DNA of 63,329 nucleotides, counting the filler, from Nitrospirae bacterium MYbin3 (lineage in GTDB: Bacteria; Nitrospirota; Thermodesulfovibrionia; Thermodesulfovibrionales; Dissulfurispiraceae): the NCBI GenBank assembly GCA_002753335.1. It is 15 parts of 15 records of this genome, joined end to end, with 100 filler letters (N's around TTAATTAATTAA, not from the genome) between each part and the next. Parts side by side here need not be neighbours in the genome. Positions count along the whole stretch, not along the records: positions 60,697 to 63,329 come from PEAD01000064.1; 14 more parts are not named here. One strand, written 5' to 3'. The translations under genes and the position numbers were made by a program. Position 1 is the first letter of the stretch. Each line of letters begins with the position of its first letter. Positions 60,597 to 63,329 of the stretch are shown one piece after another. Below the pieces are notes generated by a model. It made no database searches. It was not told the origin of the DNA and was given only the letters and a program-made list of their open reading frames with translations.

Positions 60597-60696
60597 NNNN
60601 NNNNNNNNNNNNNNNNNNNNNNNNNNNNNNNNNNNNNNNNTTAATTAATTAANNNNNNNNNNNNNNNNNNNNNNNNNNNNNNNNNNNNNNNNNNNN

Positions 60697-63329
60697 CACA
60701 AGGGTATCTGAATTTCTCAAGGATTTCCTGAGAAATTCGGCAATCTTTTTTATGCATATGTTGGCCCTGTGTATGCCGTGGTATTTGATGTAATCGGTAA
60801 AGTTGTCGAGATCTATCATCACCAGAGTAAAAACATCTTTATATCTGGCGGCCTTTCCCACTTCTTGCGCAAGCCTTATCTGGAAATAGGAATGGTCGAA
60901 CAGTCCGCTGACCTCATCGAGAAGGCCTGCCCTTGTGGGATAGGTGACTTCAAGGTCTTTTATATGCATCAAGAGATCATCTTTTGTAAAATGGCTTTTC
61001 TGTATGAAGCTTTCGATCTTGCCCGCAAGCCGCATCTTGTCGTCAACGGTCAAGTCCTTTGCTGTAAGCACAAGGATCGGGATGTCAACTGTGCCGGGGT
61101 GGTTTTTGAGAGTCTGGGCCACCTCGAACCCGTCAACCTCGGGCATCATAAGGTCAAGTATAATTATGTCAGGCTTGAAGGCTATCGCTTTTTCGAGTCC
61201 CTGTTTGCCTGATGTCGCGGTGATAATGCTGTAGTCGGCAGTTTCTAGTATCGACACAAGCAGTTCCAGCGCCTGTTCGTTGTCGTCAATGCAGAGTATT
61301 GTTGTGGAAGTTCCTCGCTTGCGCTTGCTCAGGTCTTTTATCCTTGAGAGAAGCGTATTCTTTTCGACCGGCTTTACAAGATAATCTGCTGCGCCGAGTG
61401 CAAAGCCTAAATCCTTATTGTCAACAACGGATGAGATGATAACAGGTATATCTTTGAGTTCATGGTCTAGCTTCAGCTCCTGAATAACCTCCCAACCGTC
61501 CTTTTCGGGCAGCATAACATCAAGAATAATCGCAAACGGTTTAAGATCTCTTACCTTGCTTATAACTTCCATTCCGGTATATGCATGCGCTACCCTGTAG
61601 CCTTCCCTTACAAGACTGAGCGTTATAATCTCTGAGGTGGCGCGGTCGTCTTCAGCCACCAGTATCAGAGGGTATTCGCTTCTGCGCGCAGTCTCTGGCT
61701 CCCCTTCATAATTGAGCTCATCCGCAACAGGCAGCGATTGAATTTCGCTATTGACACTTGAAACATCAAAGGGCGGGATGATAACCGTAAACGTGCTTCC
61801 TTTGCCCTCTTCGCTTTCAACAAAGATTGCTCCACCATGGAGTTCCACCAGCTTCTTGGTCAGAGCCAGCCCCAGGCCGGTGCCTTCATATTTCCTCGAA
61901 TGGCTGCTGTCAACCTGTTCGAACTCAGAAAACACTCTTTCCTGATCCTCCTCGCGTATGCCGATGCCTGTGTCGGTAACCGAAATTTTCAGGCATTTTT
62001 CAGGGCCTAGGTATGAATGGACTTTTTCGGGTATGGCAGCAGGGTTGTTGGTGTCCAGCATTTCTGCAGACACGGTTATTTCTCCGCCTTCGGGCGTGAA
62101 CTTAACTCCGTTTGAGAGTATGTTGTACAAGATCTGCTTGAACTTAATCTTGTCCGCCTTGATTATAGAAACATCACCCCCGATTTTTATAGTAATTTTC
62201 TGCGCCTTCTTGTCGGCAAGACTTTTTATGACAGTCTGCACCTCAGAAATCGACTGGGCCACAGAAAAAGCCTCGTAGCTGAGCTCCATCTTTCCGGATT
62301 CGATCTTCGCTATATCAAGCACGTTGTTTATGAGCTGCAGAAGATGGCTGCCTGAATTGTAAATATTGCCCACATAACGCTTCTGCTTTTCGTTTAGCGG
62401 ACCAAACACCTCGTCAACCAACAGCTCCGAAAATCCGAGTATCGAGTTTAGCGGTGTCCTGAGTTCATGGCTCATCGTTGCTATGAACTGGCTTTTCAGT
62501 TTGTTTGAACGTTCGAGCTCTCTGTTGGCGCGCTCAAGCTCTCTTGTCCTTTCTAGCACCTTTTCTTCGAGTCTTTCGTTCAGGTCCTGAAGTTCGAGGC
62601 TTCTTTCGTGTATCGCAAGCTCCAAGCGCTTCTTTTCGGTTATATCCTTGGATATGCCGACGGTGCCTATAATTTCTCCGGCTGCATTTTTAATAAACGA
62701 AAGCGTAAGACTTACATCTATAAGCTTGCCCTCTTTTGTCTTAAGCCGTGTTTCATAATTCAAAATGCTGCCGCTTGCTTCTATAGCCTTCATTATCCTG
62801 CGCCTGTCTTCGGGCTTTTCCCACAGGGTTTCTACAGGTGTGCCTATGATCTCTTCCCTTAAATATCCGAGCAGTTTTGATGCGCCCTTGTTGAACTCCA
62901 CCACCACGCCCGCCTGATCCGTGGTTATGATCATGTCTGCAGAGTTGTCCAGAACATTTTTAAGGTAGTTTTGAGTTTCGGATATTCTTTCTATAAGGCT
63001 GAACTTTTCTATGGCATAGGCTGCCTGAATTCCAAGCAGTGTCAAAAAATCTATTTCGCGCTGCGTCCAGGACCTCGTCTTGAAATCGTCGATATAAAGT
63101 ATCCCGATTATGTTTTCGCTAGCTATGAGGGGGACGCATACAAGGCTCTTTATCCCTTCGTTTAGAAGAACTTCGTTGTCCACAAAACTGTATTTTTGTA
63201 TATCAGGAATTACGGTCGGAATTTTTTTCTGAAGTATATGGTCTGTCATTCCACCAGGCCGTTTTCTCCATTGTGTAACCTTCGAAAGATTAGACGAAAA
63301 GCCTTGGGACGCTTTAAGCGTTAAGGTTT
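60697..63329 (-). CDS. Hybrid sensor kinase GAF-PAS-HisKA-HATPase-REC-REC-GGDEF (truncated at both ends)
   Basis: MSHELRTPLN, N..KFT, DTGIG and GTGLGL; two receiver domains; GGDEF N-terminus (SGLFD...MIDLDNF); the frame is open to the window end. Confidence 0.93.

Noticed and set aside
7537..60696. Recurrent TTAATTAATTAA flanked by N runs as a biological repeat; ORFs ending in X...N or X...LIN
   Set aside because: It is an identical 100-nt scaffolding linker with six-frame stops. Contigs are size-sorted, so adjacency across linkers (e.g. RTX locus beside magnetosome genes) is not evidence of linkage.
1..63329. rRNA, tRNA or CRISPR-Cas loci
   Set aside because: None recognised by eye; tRNAscan, Infernal and CRISPR finders were not run.

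Overview
This window is not one continuous locus. It is 15 draft contigs (about 2.6-7.5 kb, decreasing in size) joined by a 100-nt artificial linker (44 N + TTAATTAATTAA + 44 N), so gene neighbourhood only means something within a contig. The one exception is contigs 7 and 8, which overlap by 120 bp and can be merged. Gene content suggests a magnetotactic Nitrospirota (Thermodesulfovibrionia-like) bin; this is an inference. Main points: (1) 14542-21172 looks like the distal end of a Nitrospirota-type magnetosome gene cluster (man5'-man6-mamO-Cter-mad23-mad24-mad25-X-mad26-Y). It carries two extra genes (a Gly-zipper membrane protein and a putative di-heme cytochrome b/ferric-reductase-like protein) and an 11-1-11 palindrome plus (TAAAAAG)8 tract running into the mad23 RBS. 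(2) 7637-14441 holds a candidate polymorphic T1SS toxin locus: RTX protein, truncated hlyB with an RTX scar, a signal-peptide immunity candidate, and a GH24-lysozyme-RTX fusion. (3) A lambda-O-like replicon with five palindromic iterons carries SNF2-dinD-Type III Mod cargo. (4) A DUF262 + HEPN two-gene cassette sits between cimA and argG, bracketed by REP-like inverted repeats. (5) A prophage immunity region carries moron genes. The rest is mostly housekeeping (trp genes, S10/spc ribosomal operon, mdh, ndk, manC/pmm), class III PHA synthase genes, signalling proteins and IS remnants. All family assignments come from motif recognition by eye; no database searches were run.
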